The position numbers and the translations under genes were made by a program. Below are positions 47,171 to 57,693 of a DNA stretch of 64,000 nt, piece by piece. Source of the stretch: a virus. Its lineage: Duplodnaviria > Caudoviricetes. The notes beneath the pieces are model-generated. The model saw nothing but the letters and a program-made list of their open reading frames with translations. It did not search any database and had not been told where the DNA came from. The stretch's first letter is position 1, and the number at the start of each line of letters is the position of its first letter. The DNA lies in the IMG/VR virus record IMGVR_UViG_3300028888_000101, positions 19,476 through 83,475 of that record; one strand, 5' to 3'.

Positions 47171-49062
47171 TGTCGTTCTTAAACCAATTCTCAACATATT
47201 TTGATTCTCAAGAAAGACAGACTGAGTTATATGCACTTTGGTCTTCTATTGGTGTAAATATGGAAAAAGCATTTCTTGAAGAACAGAACAGGATTAATGC
47301 TGAACTTACAGACATCAATAACTTTTCAGATGATACAATGCGTTCTTGGCTGGCATTCTTTTTACAGAAGATTCCTTACCGAACAAGTGCAACAACTCAA
47401 GTTACTGTTTCTCTTAATGGTAATTACAGACTTACTAAAATTCCTAAATACGCACAGTTATCTACAGATTCAGGCGTTCCTTATGTACTGTATGAAGAAT
47501 TATCTTTGATACCTGGAGATGTCAGAACCGCAACTGCTGTACAGGGTAAACGAATTACAGAAAGTGGTACATATAGTTCCATTATTAAATTTCAGGCAAA
47601 TAATCCTGACTTAGGATATATTGAGGTAAGACTTGACGGTGAAGAAATTCCACCAGTAAGTTATGAGACATCTTATGACCAACTCTCTTATATTGGACAT
47701 TGGAAACCTCAGAGTGGTGACGAACACGAATGGGGCGGTACTCCGTTCTTGCAGGACGGATACGGTAAGAAAGGTCAGTTCTATGATGTAATTGCAAATG
47801 GATATACAAGATTCTCAGAAGAAGGTATTCCTACAGAATATCGTAAGGGTGATGTTGTAGTCTATGACGGTACCAGTTGGCAACCTTTACTTTATACAAA
47901 TAAACTTAATCCTATTCAGTTTACAAATTCTTATGCCATTCCTCGTAATGGTTACTTTGCATATTACTATAACAATTATCTGTATATTAAGATTTTTGCA
48001 GGTTCTGATATATCAAATCCTGAAGGCAGTTTCTATGAAGTAAACTACATTCAGTCTGACGGTATTCAGGGTCAGATTGATGCTGATACACTTTCATTTG
48101 TATCTACTTACGAAGACTTGGATGAAAACAAAGTTGAACTTAATGTAAATAACAGTGAATCAAGTGCAGCTGTAAACGAACCTTCTATCGGTAAACTTGG
48201 TCTGTATCTTAAGCAGAGATTGTACTCAAGTATCAACGTATCTTCTATTCCTGAATATACAAACTGGTTTAATGCTCAGCCTGAGGTTGGTGACTGTATG
48301 GTTCTTTCCGATTGGGAACGTTATGTTCGTAACGGAAAACAGAGCCTTGACCAGACAGGTATTGTAAATATCTACCTTGTAGGTACTGACGGTGAACCTC
48401 TTACAGCTGAAGTAAAGAACGAACTCTTGGAAAGAATCGAGCCGTTTAAGGATATCGCTGTATTACAGATTGAAGACTTTGTTACTGTAGAACAGTTCTT
48501 ACAATTTGAGTATACAACATCTACAAACGAAAGTGCTTTTGAACAGTATGTGCAGTCTGTCGCAACTCAGTATTATAACCTTAGTTTCTTACAATCTAAG
48601 AATGCTTCTCTGTTCGACAGTTTGGACTTAGCCGCTATCCTTGAAGAGATTCTTAAGAACAGTCCTTACAATTCAACAGGTCTTATTCTTAAGGGATATC
48701 ACTATATGGAAGTTGTATTCCAACCTGGTATAAAAAGCAGAACATTTGAATCATATTTGGGTGAAAGACCTGGTAACGGTTGGTATGAACTTGTATTGGA
48801 TAATAATCCTGATGACGTACATAGACTTGAAGAAATTGAAGTTGTAGGTAATGAAGATTCTTGTATGATTTATGACCCTGAGAATCCTACAGTACGATTA
48901 GGTGACCATGTAGGAACTAAGGTTACAATTGACCTGTCACGCTATAATTTCACAACAGCAGTTCTAAAATGTTATTGGGCGATGAAGAATGAAGGTATTC
49001 TTACAATCGGTGCTGAAAACGGATTGAGAAAACTTCACGCAGTAAATATTAAGAGAGTATAG
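47170..49062 (+). CDS. baseplate wedge protein (gp6/gpJ-like)
   Basis: A...V.V.......IPK...L.T, Y..S.G..G.I and G.VNIYL motifs; 630 aa. Confidence 0.75.
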   Translation: MSFLNQFSTYFDSQERQTELYALWSSIGVNMEKAFLEEQNRINAELTDINNFSDDTMRSWLAFFLQKIPYRTSATTQVTVSLNGNYRLTKIPKYAQLSTDSGVPYVLYEELSLIPGDVRTATAVQGKRITESGTYSSIIKFQANNPDLGYIEVRLDGEEIPPVSYETSYDQLSYIGHWKPQSGDEHEWGGTPFLQDGYGKKGQFYDVIANGYTRFSEEGIPTEYRKGDVVVYDGTSWQPLLYTNKLNPIQFTNSYAIPRNGYFAYYYNNYLYIKIFAGSDISNPEGSFYEVNYIQSDGIQGQIDADTLSFVSTYEDLDENKVELNVNNSESSAAVNEPSIGKLGLYLKQRLYSSINVSSIPEYTNWFNAQPEVGDCMVLSDWERYVRNGKQSLDQTGIVNIYLVGTDGEPLTAEVKNELLERIEPFKDIAVLQIEDFVTVEQFLQFEYTTSTNESAFEQYVQSVATQYYNLSFLQSKNASLFDSLDLAAILEEILKNSPYNSTGLILKGYHYMEVVFQPGIKSRTFESYLGERPGNGWYELVLDNNPDDVHRLEEIEVVGNEDSCMIYDPENPTVRLGDHVGTKVTIDLSRYNFTTAVLKCYWAMKNEGILTIGAENGLRKLHAVNIKRV

Positions 49063-49063
49063 T

Positions 49064-50179
49064 ATGGAAGTTGTAGATAAGAGTAAAATTCAAGAGTATG
49101 CAAAAAGAAATACCTCACCTAAAATGCCGATTGAGGCTAAGTATGTTGAGGCATTTCTTGACTCACTTATGAACTCTTCAAAGATTCAAGATGCTTACAC
49201 CATTCTCAGAGACGAAATGCAAAATGGTGATGCGTTTGTTATTTACAACTCGTTCTTCCCTACAGCTGTAAACTTGAACCGTGAACCTTACCGTTCTATT
49301 ATTGCATATTCAATGCTCAAGAAAGATAAACGATTGTTTGAATTGATATCTTCATCACTATTTACAGGAAGTGTTATTGAGTATCATGGTACAGACCTTT
49401 ATACTGATATTTCACATTACACTGATGAAACACCTTTAAGAGAAACTGACCACGGTATCTATACCGATATGCAGTCAGGTATCATTCAGATGGCATTTAA
49501 GAACTATTACTGTAATGACCCTTTGCCTGACGGAACAGGAAGTGAGTATCAGACAACTGAAGAGATAGAAAAGGCAGATAGTGACTTTACATATATCATT
49601 ACTCTTACCAAACCGGCACGTATACAGGTTCTTGAGTTCTATGTTCCTTGGTGTTTTATGACAGGTACTGTAGATACTTTACAGACTTGTGGTATTGATA
49701 TTACCGACCCTTATTTCAGTACACCATTCAAAGATGAGATGTCTATGAATATCTTGTCTAATATGAATACTTCAGAACTTATAACCTGTTACAGGGTTGT
49801 CTCAATGATAATTTATCATTATGAGGAAGGTGAATACGTTTCAACTGATAGACCTATTGATGTTGAACGAGAAGTAACAATAACCGATTCTTATGTTTTG
49901 TTTGATTACAACCTAAGAACATTGGCGTCTTCAAGTTCTTCAAGTTCTACAGAAAAAGATTTGATTTGGGGTGAAATTACTTTCAAATCTAACGCTGGCG
50001 GTGAAATATACGCTACAGCTGATACATACAAACCAGAGGAAAAGTATTTCGAGAAATATACACCTATAATGCTGCGACTGTTTGATAATGACCCTGACGG
50101 TCCGTGCATTGCATTTGAGATACAGAATGATGTCTGTACTAAAGGTGCAATGTTCTATCTTATGGAAGCAGCTGACTAA
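49064..50179 (+). CDS. putative baseplate wedge protein
   Basis: Directly after the gp6-like gene; positional. Confidence 0.45.
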   Translation: MEVVDKSKIQEYAKRNTSPKMPIEAKYVEAFLDSLMNSSKIQDAYTILRDEMQNGDAFVIYNSFFPTAVNLNREPYRSIIAYSMLKKDKRLFELISSSLFTGSVIEYHGTDLYTDISHYTDETPLRETDHGIYTDMQSGIIQMAFKNYYCNDPLPDGTGSEYQTTEEIEKADSDFTYIITLTKPARIQVLEFYVPWCFMTGTVDTLQTCGIDITDPYFSTPFKDEMSMNILSNMNTSELITCYRVVSMIIYHYEEGEYVSTDRPIDVEREVTITDSYVLFDYNLRTLASSSSSSSTEKDLIWGEITFKSNAGGEIYATADTYKPEEKYFEKYTPIMLRLFDNDPDGPCIAFEIQNDVCTKGAMFYLMEAAD

Positions 50180-50190
50180 GGAGAATAATA

Positions 50191-51663
50191 ATGGCAACAA
50201 CTATTCAGGAACCACAGGAACTTCCAACAGGAAGTATTACACCTGACAATGAACAAAACTTCGCAATGATTGTATATCAGAAGAATGCTGTAGGAGCTGG
50301 TGTAAAACAACTTCGACTTGCAGACTTCCACAGTTATCTCAATTGGAACTCTCACAAGGTAAACAATGTTGCACTTTATACAGGTTTGAAAGATTCTACT
50401 CCGTCTGAATTTCCTGATTGGGATTCAGATACTGATGTTTCAAATCTTCCTACAGGTGTTTACAGTTTAAGAACTCGTATTGAATCTCTTGCGGCAAAAG
50501 TTGGTCTTAACACCAGACCGGAAACTGTAACAAGAACAATTAATTCAAGAGTATCTAGTTTGGAAACAAGTGTAGACGGTCCTTCAGGATTACCTGAGAA
50601 TGGTTTGAATTATAAGGTAAGCACTCTTGAAAGTAAGATGTCTGTCGTTGAAGACGAAATTAGTGGTACTGGCGCTGGTCAGGGTAGTTCTATCTTGGAT
50701 AGAGTTCAAAACATTGAAGATATTGTAGGAACTCCAAGTAGTTCTGGATTGCCAACATTGTGTGCAAATATGGCATCTAATAATGCTGATATAACTACTC
50801 TTAAAAATACAGTAGATGACCCTAACAGTGGTGTTGTAGCAAACCGTACAGATATCACAGCACTTCAGAATGCCGTAGATGACCCTAACACAGGTAATCA
50901 GGCTCTTTCTACTAAGATTGAAACTATTAATGATATTGTTGGTGCTCCTACACCAGGTAGTCAATTGATGCCATTGTGTAATGAAGTAGAACAACTTAAA
51001 TCATCAATTGTAAATGTTTATAGTGTTCAGGGTAATTGTGTTGGTGCGGTTACTCAATCAGGACAAGACACACAAAGTATCTATGTTAATAGTGTTTCTA
51101 GTACACCTAAACCTTTAACTGATTTGGAAAACGGTTGGGTTTATAATATTAAATCTAGTAATGGTTATGTTGATATTACATCAACTAGAGGTGGTGCTCA
51201 GACAACAACAAGATATTTTAACGGTACAAATATTGTATGGATTAAACAGGCAGAAGGAACAAGTCCAGGATATTTTGATGAACTTGGTGCAAATATTGAT
51301 GTCAGCCGTGTAGACGCTCTCGAACAACAGGTTAACAAATTAAAAGCTAGATATGGTGCAGTACAGTTTAATAATGCTTCAGACCAATGGGATTCTACTG
51401 AACTCACAGTACCCGGTATCTATCAGTTTTCATTTTACTTTGATAATACAAGTAGAATGGGTTCTTTTGTATTACCTATTGGCACAGCTGGTATTGTTAA
51501 AACATCAACCATGTTAAATCTATTTGAAACGCATGTCGGGTTTATTGCCGATAATTTTGAAATTAACACAAGTACTTCAACACTTGTTAGAAAGAATGAT
51601 AGTGGCGTAAATAATGGTAGATTATCTTGGACAATTATTGGTGAGACAACTCAATCATTATAA
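50191..51663 (+). CDS. segmented coiled-coil fibre (fibritin/whisker-like)
   Basis: Repeated short heptad blocks broken by G/P linkers (VDDP.SG...DIT.L...V). Confidence 0.6.
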   Translation: MATTIQEPQELPTGSITPDNEQNFAMIVYQKNAVGAGVKQLRLADFHSYLNWNSHKVNNVALYTGLKDSTPSEFPDWDSDTDVSNLPTGVYSLRTRIESLAAKVGLNTRPETVTRTINSRVSSLETSVDGPSGLPENGLNYKVSTLESKMSVVEDEISGTGAGQGSSILDRVQNIEDIVGTPSSSGLPTLCANMASNNADITTLKNTVDDPNSGVVANRTDITALQNAVDDPNTGNQALSTKIETINDIVGAPTPGSQLMPLCNEVEQLKSSIVNVYSVQGNCVGAVTQSGQDTQSIYVNSVSSTPKPLTDLENGWVYNIKSSNGYVDITSTRGGAQTTTRYFNGTNIVWIKQAEGTSPGYFDELGANIDVSRVDALEQQVNKLKARYGAVQFNNASDQWDSTELTVPGIYQFSFYFDNTSRMGSFVLPIGTAGIVKTSTMLNLFETHVGFIADNFEINTSTSTLVRKNDSGVNNGRLSWTIIGETTQSL

Positions 51664-51675
51664 TAGGAGGTTAAT

Positions 51676-51942
51676 ATGGCAGCAAATTGGAATGAATTCT
51701 TTCCTATTGGTGATGGTTCTCCTACAACGGAAGAAGACGCACCACCAGTTTACAGAAGCTATGAAGAATGTGGAATTGGAATGACTCAACAGTTATTTAA
51801 TGAACTTTCTCAGATTTATAAAATTTATGTTGCTACAACAGCATTAAAGGATATTACCTTTACTCCTAGAGATGTTATGCAGCAACATACTTCAGATTAT
51901 TACTTCACACACTTCCAAGTAAAGTTTCCTAGATATAATTAA
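51676..51942 (+). CDS. small hypothetical protein ending the tail operon
   Basis: AGGAGG RBS. Confidence 0.6.
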   Translation: MAANWNEFFPIGDGSPTTEEDAPPVYRSYEECGIGMTQQLFNELSQIYKIYVATTALKDITFTPRDVMQQHTSDYYFTHFQVKFPRYN

Positions 51943-51945
51943 TAA

Positions 51946-51977
51946 AAAACACCCTACTTTTTATGGTAGGGTGTTTT
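51946..51977. terminator. bidirectional intrinsic terminator
   Basis: AAAACACCCTAC/GTAGGGTGTTTT between convergent genes. Confidence 0.75.
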
Positions 51978-51997
51978 AATTTAGAACTGAGTTTTAA

Positions 51998-52597
51998 TTA
52001 CTCATACCATTCTAAATTATATCGATTAATATCTAAATCAAACTGTGTTATTTTATATTTGTTTAGATTGATATTATACTTAATACTGATAATACTTCCA
52101 TCCACTCTATATTTACCAGTGATTGATTCGGACCCTGTATTAATAACTGTATTATTACTAGGATTAAACCACAAAGTCTTATCCTCTGTATCTGTAGCAA
52201 TACTCTTAAGAATGTAGAGTTTGTAAGTAGTAGCCTTAAGACAATCTACATTATCAGTTCCGTTGAATTCTTTGATAAGTTTACTAGAATCTTCAGGATA
52301 CTTAGCATTTACTCTTGCAATCTTCTCAAGAACAATTACAGGCTTTGTAATACCGTAATAAGGGTCATCTGATTCAACAAGTGAAGGATTTGTATAAATC
52401 CACTTATCGAAGTCCATCAAATCTCCGAAGATAACATCCCCGACATAAGTGTAATCTTCCTCGATGTTTACATCATTTGGAAGTACATACTCGAACGGAC
52501 TCTTGTCCTCTACCAAACTATTTGTAGCCGCTGGATTATAACAAGCAACTACAACCAAACTTGCCAAAACTGACAAAACAAACAAAATCTTTTTCAT
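51998..52597 (-). CDS. putative lipoprotein
   Basis: MKKILFVLSVLASLVVVAC lipobox; AGGAGG RBS; TTTACT-N17-TATTAT promoter at ~52621-52667. Confidence 0.7.
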   Translation of the reverse strand: MKKILFVLSVLASLVVVACYNPAATNSLVEDKSPFEYVLPNDVNIEEDYTYVGDVIFGDLMDFDKWIYTNPSLVESDDPYYGITKPVIVLEKIARVNAKYPEDSSKLIKEFNGTDNVDCLKATTYKLYILKSIATDTEDKTLWFNPSNNTVINTGSESITGKYRVDGSIISIKYNINLNKYKITQFDLDINRYNLEWYE

Positions 52598-52676
52598 AAG
52601 CTATTTCCTCCTAAGTCTTATGTTTTATTTAATGTAATAATAACATAAATTAACTTAGAAGTAAAGGATTTTGAAA

Positions 52677-53648
52677 TTATTTTTCTTTCTTTTTAAGAGC
52701 AAACATTAAACAAACACCGCTGCACAAATCTATAAATACGGCAGGGAATAGAACGATTATGAAGTGCAATTTGTTCGAAGATATGTTCAATATTTTACAC
52801 AGCCAAGAATAAACCGTTTCCTCAGATACAACATCTACTTCAACAATGTTCATAAGCCGATTCTGTAAATCCTCAATCTTAGATTCACACTCTTCAAGTT
52901 TGGTTATTCCTTCCTGAACTTTCTTCCAAGTACCTGGGTTTTCGGTTTTGAGGTCAGGATTAATGTTATACTCTGTTTCCTGTTCACGCCAATGCAAAAG
53001 TTCTTTCTGTTTCTTAATCTGTATATCCAACTGATTCTCTATAATAGTTTTTTGATTATCAATTACTTCACTTTTATCTGTTGAAAGATATTTACGGAAA
53101 TCATTATACTGACCACTCACGGCTGTAAAAACAGAATAAGTAAATCCGAGCAGCCATAATAACAATATAAACCCTTTCATATATTTTTCGTTTGTATAAT
53201 GAGCTAGGGTGAAAGCAATGGACATGAATGTTACGATTGATACTGATAACGTAAAAGCCCAAAATAATTTCATCGATAAATGGTTGAACTCAAACGTAAA
53301 ATGAACTGAGTTAAGAACAAGTAAGATTCCAATAAATCCAACAATGGACCTGATTACGATATTCTTATAATCTTTCTTTTCTGACTGTTCTTTTTTAGGT
53401 CTGTGAATAATCATATTGTCAGGTACTTGTTTCTTTTCTTCTGCAAAAAGTTTATTAGGGTCTTCTCGATAGAAATCAAAAGAATCACCTTTGCGTACAA
53501 TCTTGCCCTGAGTAAGCCATCTTTGATAAACCTTTACGATTGTTGCGATTGGGTATTCAGCATAATCGGCAAATTCTTCTACGGTTGGAAATTTCTTATG
53601 TGTCTTATGATACTCTTTTAATACTTCAAATAATTCATCTGCTGTCAT
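52677..53648 (-). CDS. membrane protein: N-terminal HTH-like domain, about 4 TM helices, long coiled coil
   Basis: PTVEEFA......TI.KVY..W...G.I winged-helix-like segment; hydrophobic segments; heptads. Confidence 0.6.
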   Translation of the reverse strand: MTADELFEVLKEYHKTHKKFPTVEEFADYAEYPIATIVKVYQRWLTQGKIVRKGDSFDFYREDPNKLFAEEKKQVPDNMIIHRPKKEQSEKKDYKNIVIRSIVGFIGILLVLNSVHFTFEFNHLSMKLFWAFTLSVSIVTFMSIAFTLAHYTNEKYMKGFILLLWLLGFTYSVFTAVSGQYNDFRKYLSTDKSEVIDNQKTIIENQLDIQIKKQKELLHWREQETEYNINPDLKTENPGTWKKVQEGITKLEECESKIEDLQNRLMNIVEVDVVSEETVYSWLCKILNISSNKLHFIIVLFPAVFIDLCSGVCLMFALKKKEK

Positions 53649-53753
53649 ATATAATATTTATTCCTTAGTAAATATAATGTTAGAATTTAGCGTTAAACAG
53701 AGCTAGGATTGATTCTGAGAGGCTTTATGACGAAAATAGTGTTATATCATCAA

Positions 53754-55289
53754 CTAAGTGATTTGAAGCTGCTGTAACGAAGATATTGGTGGTTTCAATA
53801 TACTTGTACCTACAAAAAGCCATTGTACTATATTTACATCGGTATTACTTACCAATTTGTTATTATGTATGTATGAATATGAATTTAAGGTTTTATTATA
53901 TTGTTTTTGTATATACTTTTTGAAATAAAGTATATTATTTTTGAATTTCATCATGAGATATTTTTTAACAGTGTTTAATGAGATAGTCTCATCTGAAGAA
54001 TTATTGTATTCTGAGGCCAAAAGTTCAGCTATTTTATTAAAAGATAACTGAGAGTAATTTTTTGAGTTTTTATTGAGAATCTTGTAAATTTTATTACGCT
54101 TGATATTCATTTTTATATGGCGAGATTTCAGGGATTTTTCTCGCTGCAGTAAAGTGTAACCAACTTTATTCCAAAGCATTGAGTTATGAAGGTCTTTCTG
54201 TTTAATATAATAAACATCATTCTTTATTCGTGTAATAAGTTCGTAATTTGTATAACCGTCAGCACTATCTTCATAACACCAATTAGAAATACAGGTGCGT
54301 ATAATTTCATCGTCATAATCAGGATTATGTAACAGACCACGAGACCAAAAAGATTTACAGATTTTAGAACATAATACAAATATACGCTTATTGATTGAGT
54401 TATCTGAGGTTTTGATGATTTCGTTAATTATATTTTGAACTTCATCCTGATTATTAAGAGATTTATTCTGCATTAATACGGCTAGTTTTTGACGAAGTTC
54501 TTCACGACTTTCTGCAGCTAAACGTTCAGCCTCTTCTTCATCTAGGAAGTGAATCTGTTTCAGGATTTCCTTTTTCGTGTTTTTAGATTGTTTTCGCTCA
54601 GAGTAGAATCTATGAATTGTTTCGTTTATGTTGTTTATAATTTCTGGTTGAGACAATAAATGATTTATACGTCTACAGAGAAAGTCTACGGTATAAAGGT
54701 TGTTTAATGAACGGAATTCATATACTTCAGCATCCTTGAAGAAAGGATTCTGACAGTTATATCCTGTGTAACCCACATCACCATTGAATAGAACATTCAT
54801 CATTCGGTTTAGCCATTTCCACTGATGATGTTCGTTATAGAAGTCATTCTCATAATATTTATTGTCTTTATATCCAGCTTCACCGATATAAAATTTCTTG
54901 ATAAAAAAATAAAATTGAGAATGACCGTTTGATTTTACTTTCATAAGGTGTGGTTCGAGATGTGCTTTTATTAAAAGTTCAAGAGTTTTTTTACCTCTAT
55001 CTTCATCATCACAGTCTATTACTACAACTTCACGTTCGAAACTGTTTAATCCAGCACAGATATATTCCATGTGTTCATAGTGAATCATTTCTTCTATGAG
55101 ATTTTGAAATTTACGTGTGTCTACTTTTTTATATTTAGATTCTTTATTTTTACGAACCTGATTGAAACACATGCGGAAAAATCCACGTTGTTTCTCATAA
55201 GAATTTCGGGATTTGTAGTATACATCACGAATGATTTTGTTTTCGTTATGCGGTAAGTTTTTAGGATTTATTTGTTTTACTTTACTCAT
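53754..55289 (-). CDS. ColE2-type Rep (replicase family, AEP primase-like) with basic C-terminal region
   Basis: VVIDCD, NGHSQ and GDVGYTG..CQNP match the DxD, NGHxH and GD..Y.G...KNP motifs of this family. Confidence 0.7.
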   Translation of the reverse strand: MSKVKQINPKNLPHNENKIIRDVYYKSRNSYEKQRGFFRMCFNQVRKNKESKYKKVDTRKFQNLIEEMIHYEHMEYICAGLNSFEREVVVIDCDDEDRGKKTLELLIKAHLEPHLMKVKSNGHSQFYFFIKKFYIGEAGYKDNKYYENDFYNEHHQWKWLNRMMNVLFNGDVGYTGYNCQNPFFKDAEVYEFRSLNNLYTVDFLCRRINHLLSQPEIINNINETIHRFYSERKQSKNTKKEILKQIHFLDEEEAERLAAESREELRQKLAVLMQNKSLNNQDEVQNIINEIIKTSDNSINKRIFVLCSKICKSFWSRGLLHNPDYDDEIIRTCISNWCYEDSADGYTNYELITRIKNDVYYIKQKDLHNSMLWNKVGYTLLQREKSLKSRHIKMNIKRNKIYKILNKNSKNYSQLSFNKIAELLASEYNNSSDETISLNTVKKYLMMKFKNNILYFKKYIQKQYNKTLNSYSYIHNNKLVSNTDVNIVQWLFVGTSILKPPISSLQQLQIT

Positions 55290-55296
55290 TAAAAGA

Positions 55297-55347
55297 AGCT
55301 CCTGTGTTTAGTACCTGATAGGTCGACCGATACCAAACACAGGTGCT
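55297..55347 (-). promoter_or_regulatory. RBS-sequestering leader hairpin of Rep
   Basis: - strand AGCACCTGTGTTTGGTA pairs with TACTAAACACAGGAGCT, which contains the AGGAG RBS; GGTCGACC palindrome in the loop. Confidence 0.6.
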
Positions 55348-55444
55348 AATGTACGCTAATGCTTACATCTATTAATATATATTAGAATGAAAATATTGTA
55401 AATATAAATTTTTAGATTATTAATTAATTCTAATATTAAATTTT

Positions 55445-56395
55445 ATGACACCCTTATTTGATATAGGACCACAGATAGATAAACATGCTGAGAGTATAAT
55501 TAATACTATGCTTTCAAGACTATCTAATAAGAATCCTAAAAAAGACAGTAAATGTTATCTCAGAGTATTAAGTTATGTTATGGAACTCTATAATGGTGAT
55601 TTCCTTAAAACTAAACGATTTGATAATTCTAAGGACGGTCAATTTAATATGACTGATTCTTTTCAGAAGATTCAGGAATGTAAGAACGATTGGAGCAAAG
55701 TACGCCAGCTTGTGTTATCGGCTTTAGATAATCTTGATGAGGCAAAGAAACCTGAGAAGTTACCTTGGAATAAAAAGTATCTAAATGATATTACATTTGC
55801 TAAGTTTTTCAACAACGGATACAATGAGAACGGAGAGATAGATTGTCCGTTTTTACATTTAGTGAATCCACCAATGACTTCTTATGCATATAAATCAGAC
55901 ATAACAATAACTACACTTAAAGAGAATTGTAACAGTCTTATCAAAAGTGCAGCTGAAAAATTCTGTAAGAAATATTTCAAAATGAAGAATTATCAGCTTT
56001 CATTCTGGTATGATATGGAAGACTGGACAAGATGGTTGAAACTGTTTAAGTTTACATTTCCGTCAATTTATGGTGAATTTGTAAACTCATGTGAAGACGG
56101 AAATCCTTTTATTGATTTTAAGAATTATCTTTTGTTTGTACTTAAACAGAAAGAAGGTGAACATCCTGTAATGAACCATTGGTATTTCAAACTCACCTAT
56201 AATGACGGAACTGAACTTGACGGATATTTCAAACAATGGCTCAGAGCAGGAATTGACAGAGGTAAGTTTAATGTCCTTAAACAGTTACCAAAAAGTATTG
56301 ATAAGTATTACACAGACGAATCGTTTAATAATTCTAAAATTAAAAATGAAAAGAAAAAAGAAGTTGTTGAACTTGATGATGTTGTAATATGGTAG
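55445..56395 (+). CDS. hypothetical protein in replication region
   Basis: 316-aa ORF divergent from Rep; TTCTAATATTA upstream. Confidence 0.6.
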   Translation: MTPLFDIGPQIDKHAESIINTMLSRLSNKNPKKDSKCYLRVLSYVMELYNGDFLKTKRFDNSKDGQFNMTDSFQKIQECKNDWSKVRQLVLSALDNLDEAKKPEKLPWNKKYLNDITFAKFFNNGYNENGEIDCPFLHLVNPPMTSYAYKSDITITTLKENCNSLIKSAAEKFCKKYFKMKNYQLSFWYDMEDWTRWLKLFKFTFPSIYGEFVNSCEDGNPFIDFKNYLLFVLKQKEGEHPVMNHWYFKLTYNDGTELDGYFKQWLRAGIDRGKFNVLKQLPKSIDKYYTDESFNNSKIKNEKKKEVVELDDVVIW

Positions 56396-56404
56396 GAGTT
56401 AGTC

Positions 56405-56719
56405 ATGGGAATGAAATCAATTTATACTGAAGAAGAACGTAAACAGAGAAAACGAGAAAGTAATAAAAGATGGCGTGAAACTCATAAAGAACATATAGCT
56501 GATTACAATAAAGAATATAATAAACAATATTGGCTAGAACATAAAGAAAAGATTATAAAGCAACATGCTGAGTATTATCACAGAAATAAAGAAAGAATTA
56601 ATAAGAACCATTATGAAAAATATGCAAAAGCATATTATGAAAAAAATAAAGATTTAATACGTGAACGAACCAAGGAATACAGAAGAGAATATTATAAGAA
56701 GTATTATCAAAAAACATAA
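56405..56719 (+). CDS. K/E/Y/R-rich helical protein
   Basis: Low-complexity Y..K.KE.I repeats. Confidence 0.55.
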   Translation: MGMKSIYTEEERKQRKRESNKRWRETHKEHIADYNKEYNKQYWLEHKEKIIKQHAEYYHRNKERINKNHYEKYAKAYYEKNKDLIRERTKEYRREYYKKYYQKT

Positions 56720-56832
56720 GAAAGAGATATTGGAACAACAGAAAAAGAAAAGGCTAGAACAAAAGTCCTAGCCTTAGTGAAGGATTCGGTTTGAGTGGCA
56801 TAGCCTTCACAAAATTAATCTCGTTCACCACT

Positions 56833-57030
56833 TTACATTATGCATTCAAGAACATCGATTTTGTTAAATTCTGTTTCTGAACAACATGTATCTTTTAAGA
56901 ACTGTTCCTTTGCAGCTTCTTTTGTTTTAATATTTGATGTGAGATAATATCTACTCATTGGATGTTTATTACCTTTGAAGTATCCTTCAACACACCAGCC
57001 TTCTTTACTTGGTAATGGAATATATGACAT
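56833..57030 (-). CDS. small hypothetical protein
   Basis: GAGGAG RBS. Confidence 0.55.
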   Translation of the reverse strand: MSYIPLPSKEGWCVEGYFKGNKHPMSRYYLTSNIKTKEAAKEQFLKDTCCSETEFNKIDVLECIM

Positions 57031-57193
57031 AATTTATCTCCTCTAATAATTCCAAACTGAATAGTCGATTTGACCATACCATTCAATCATAATTTCCATT
57101 TCATGTTCTTTTTCAACATAACTCCAATAACCACCAAATGCTCCCATAATTTAATCTCCTTTTAAGGTAGGTCCGAAGACCTACTGTTTAATT

Positions 57194-57682
57194 TTAGATA
57201 AGTGATTTGTACATTACAGAATTTGCTTTCTGTCCTGTAATAACCTTGTACTTTTCGATAAGGTTTGATGACCAACCTTTGAACAATTTTTCATTATCAA
57301 AATCTTTAAGGGCTTTTTCTGAAACAGTAGCAACAGCCTTAATCTGCTCCAACGAAAGTTCATCAAAAATATCAGGACTGATTTTGGAATTGTTACCGCC
57401 ATTCTTTACAGTAACAGTCTGTCCTAAGTCAGGGAAATCAAAACCAACACCTGGTTCTACTTCCTTTACAAGTTCTGCTCCCCACAATTTTGTATAATAC
57501 TCGATTGCAGAAGTAAGGTTCTTTGCTACAGCAAGGAAGTGAGCCTTGTCTTTGATTGTAAGACCCTCTGTAAGACCTTTTTCTTTTACAGAAACAAGTT
57601 CTCTGTTCATTGCAAGTACGAACTGACTTACATCACCGTTTGGAAGTTTTTCTCCCGATTTAACATCAACATAATTTACCAT
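57194..57682 (-). CDS. hypothetical early protein
   Basis: AAGGAGG RBS supports ATG 57682 (MVNYVDVK...). Confidence 0.65.
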   Translation of the reverse strand: MVNYVDVKSGEKLPNGDVSQFVLAMNRELVSVKEKGLTEGLTIKDKAHFLAVAKNLTSAIEYYTKLWGAELVKEVEPGVGFDFPDLGQTVTVKNGGNNSKISPDIFDELSLEQIKAVATVSEKALKDFDNEKLFKGWSSNLIEKYKVITGQKANSVMYKSLI

Positions 57683-57693
57683 ATTTTGCCTCC

